Shown here piece after piece: positions 63,055 to 64,000 of a stretch of 64,000 bases of DNA. The DNA is taken from NCBI RefSeq assembly GCF_006345805.1, contig NC_043000.1, positions 37,882,001-37,946,000 of the forward strand, given 5' to 3'. This DNA is from Octopus sinensis (lineage: Eukaryota). The notes under the pieces are model-generated. The model made no database searches and was not told where the DNA came from. It saw only the letters and a list, made by a program, of their open reading frames with translations. Every line of letters starts with the position of its first letter. Position 1 is the first letter of the stretch. Position numbers and translations under genes: made by a program.

Positions 63055-64000
63055 ATCCATGGTTTGTACACTCACACATATTTCTCTCTCACACTTTCAC
63101 GTGCACACATACACACACACACATACACACACACACATTTTCTCTCTCACACTTTTACGCGCGCGCGCACACACACAGATACACACACATATATAATGGG
63201 AATATATAAAACGTGTGGCCTAGTGACTAGGGTTTGGACCGGCCATCGTAAGATTGTGTTCTTGCACCCCACCTCACATTTTGCACAAAACACTTTATTT
63301 CATATTTCTTCAGTTTACTCAAATGAAAATGCATACCAACAGATTACAGGTAGGGTACTGTCTTTCTCTCTCTCTCTCCCCTCTGGCTGCCACGTTTTTG
63401 ATGTTCTACTGGTGTAAGGTGGGATAGCAAGGAAGGCGTCTATGATGTCTGCCCTCGACTTCGTATGTACCTAAAGGAATTAACGAAAGTATTGTGCACG
63501 CTGCTAGATCAGTCGCTTGCATGTAACAGTTAAGCCTAAGCTGATGACTTTCGCCTTTGACAAGAATATTCCAAAATATCGGCGAATCTCAATGGAATTT
63601 ACAGTATAATCAGCATTGGTGCCGTAAAAAAGTTTCTACAAATGAATTTATTCTGTTGGCAGCATTCATAGACCAGTGCCCTTCTTGAGTTCAATGGATT
63701 TATGGGTGATGTATCATGAAGAATATTTCGCTAGTGCGTAGTTAAGACCAATGCGATTCTCCAGAATATGGTTTAGCGCCTTGTACATTTGACAACGGGC
63801 TGCCAAAGTTGGTCGTAGCTTTGTCATTTAGTCGTTAAATTTATAGTAAAAGGTAGCTGGTGTGATTTCTGTGTACCTAAAGGCATACAACTATTGATTG
63901 TATCTACATTTAAAACTTTATGCAGTTATGCTCAAAAACACTTGTTTGCTTCAATGCTGTAATTTCACTTTCGCACAGTTTACCGAGTCTTTGTTGGGTC

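Noticed and set aside
63480-63830. Possible hAT transposase remnant on the minus strand
   Set aside because: Multiple stops and only loose motif resemblance.

Overview
AT-rich, microsatellite-saturated animal genomic DNA with one 100-N scaffold gap. The repeat families look like those I recall from octopus (coleoid cephalopod) genomes; that assignment is an inference. I cannot support any host protein-coding gene, and almost every ORF in the supplied track is a translation of a simple repeat. The window is a layered collection of transposable elements. These include about 17 copies or fragments of a bipartite tRNA-derived SINE with an internal microsatellite linker (SINE-A), about 10 copies of a second SINE (SINE-B, three times as head-to-tail pairs) and a third SINE family. 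There are also a decayed 2-kb Tigger/pogo transposon, mariner and Merlin transposase remnants, non-autonomous Helitrons, a probable Helentron deletion derivative, an RTE LINE 3' end with a non-autonomous partner, and two R2-superfamily (RLE) LINE tails. The most striking signal is at least eight unrelated repeat families carrying minimal hammerhead ribozyme (HHR) motifs of the Penelope-like element (PLE) type. Some have non-canonical cores (U3-A8 covariation twice, U6, almost no stem II). Several sit in 5'-to-5' inverted arrangements inside microsatellites. Best candidates for something undescribed: (i) a tRNA-headed SINE whose 3' module is an HHR-bearing PLE-type repeat (39.2-39.9 kb, 44.9-45.4 kb); (ii) a 504-bp tandem-plus-inverted HHR unit (30.3-31.4 kb); (iii) a GC-rich, highly structured ~300-nt segment between 26-bp inverted repeats (33.0-33.4 kb). 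All structures were folded by eye; no ribozyme activity has been shown.
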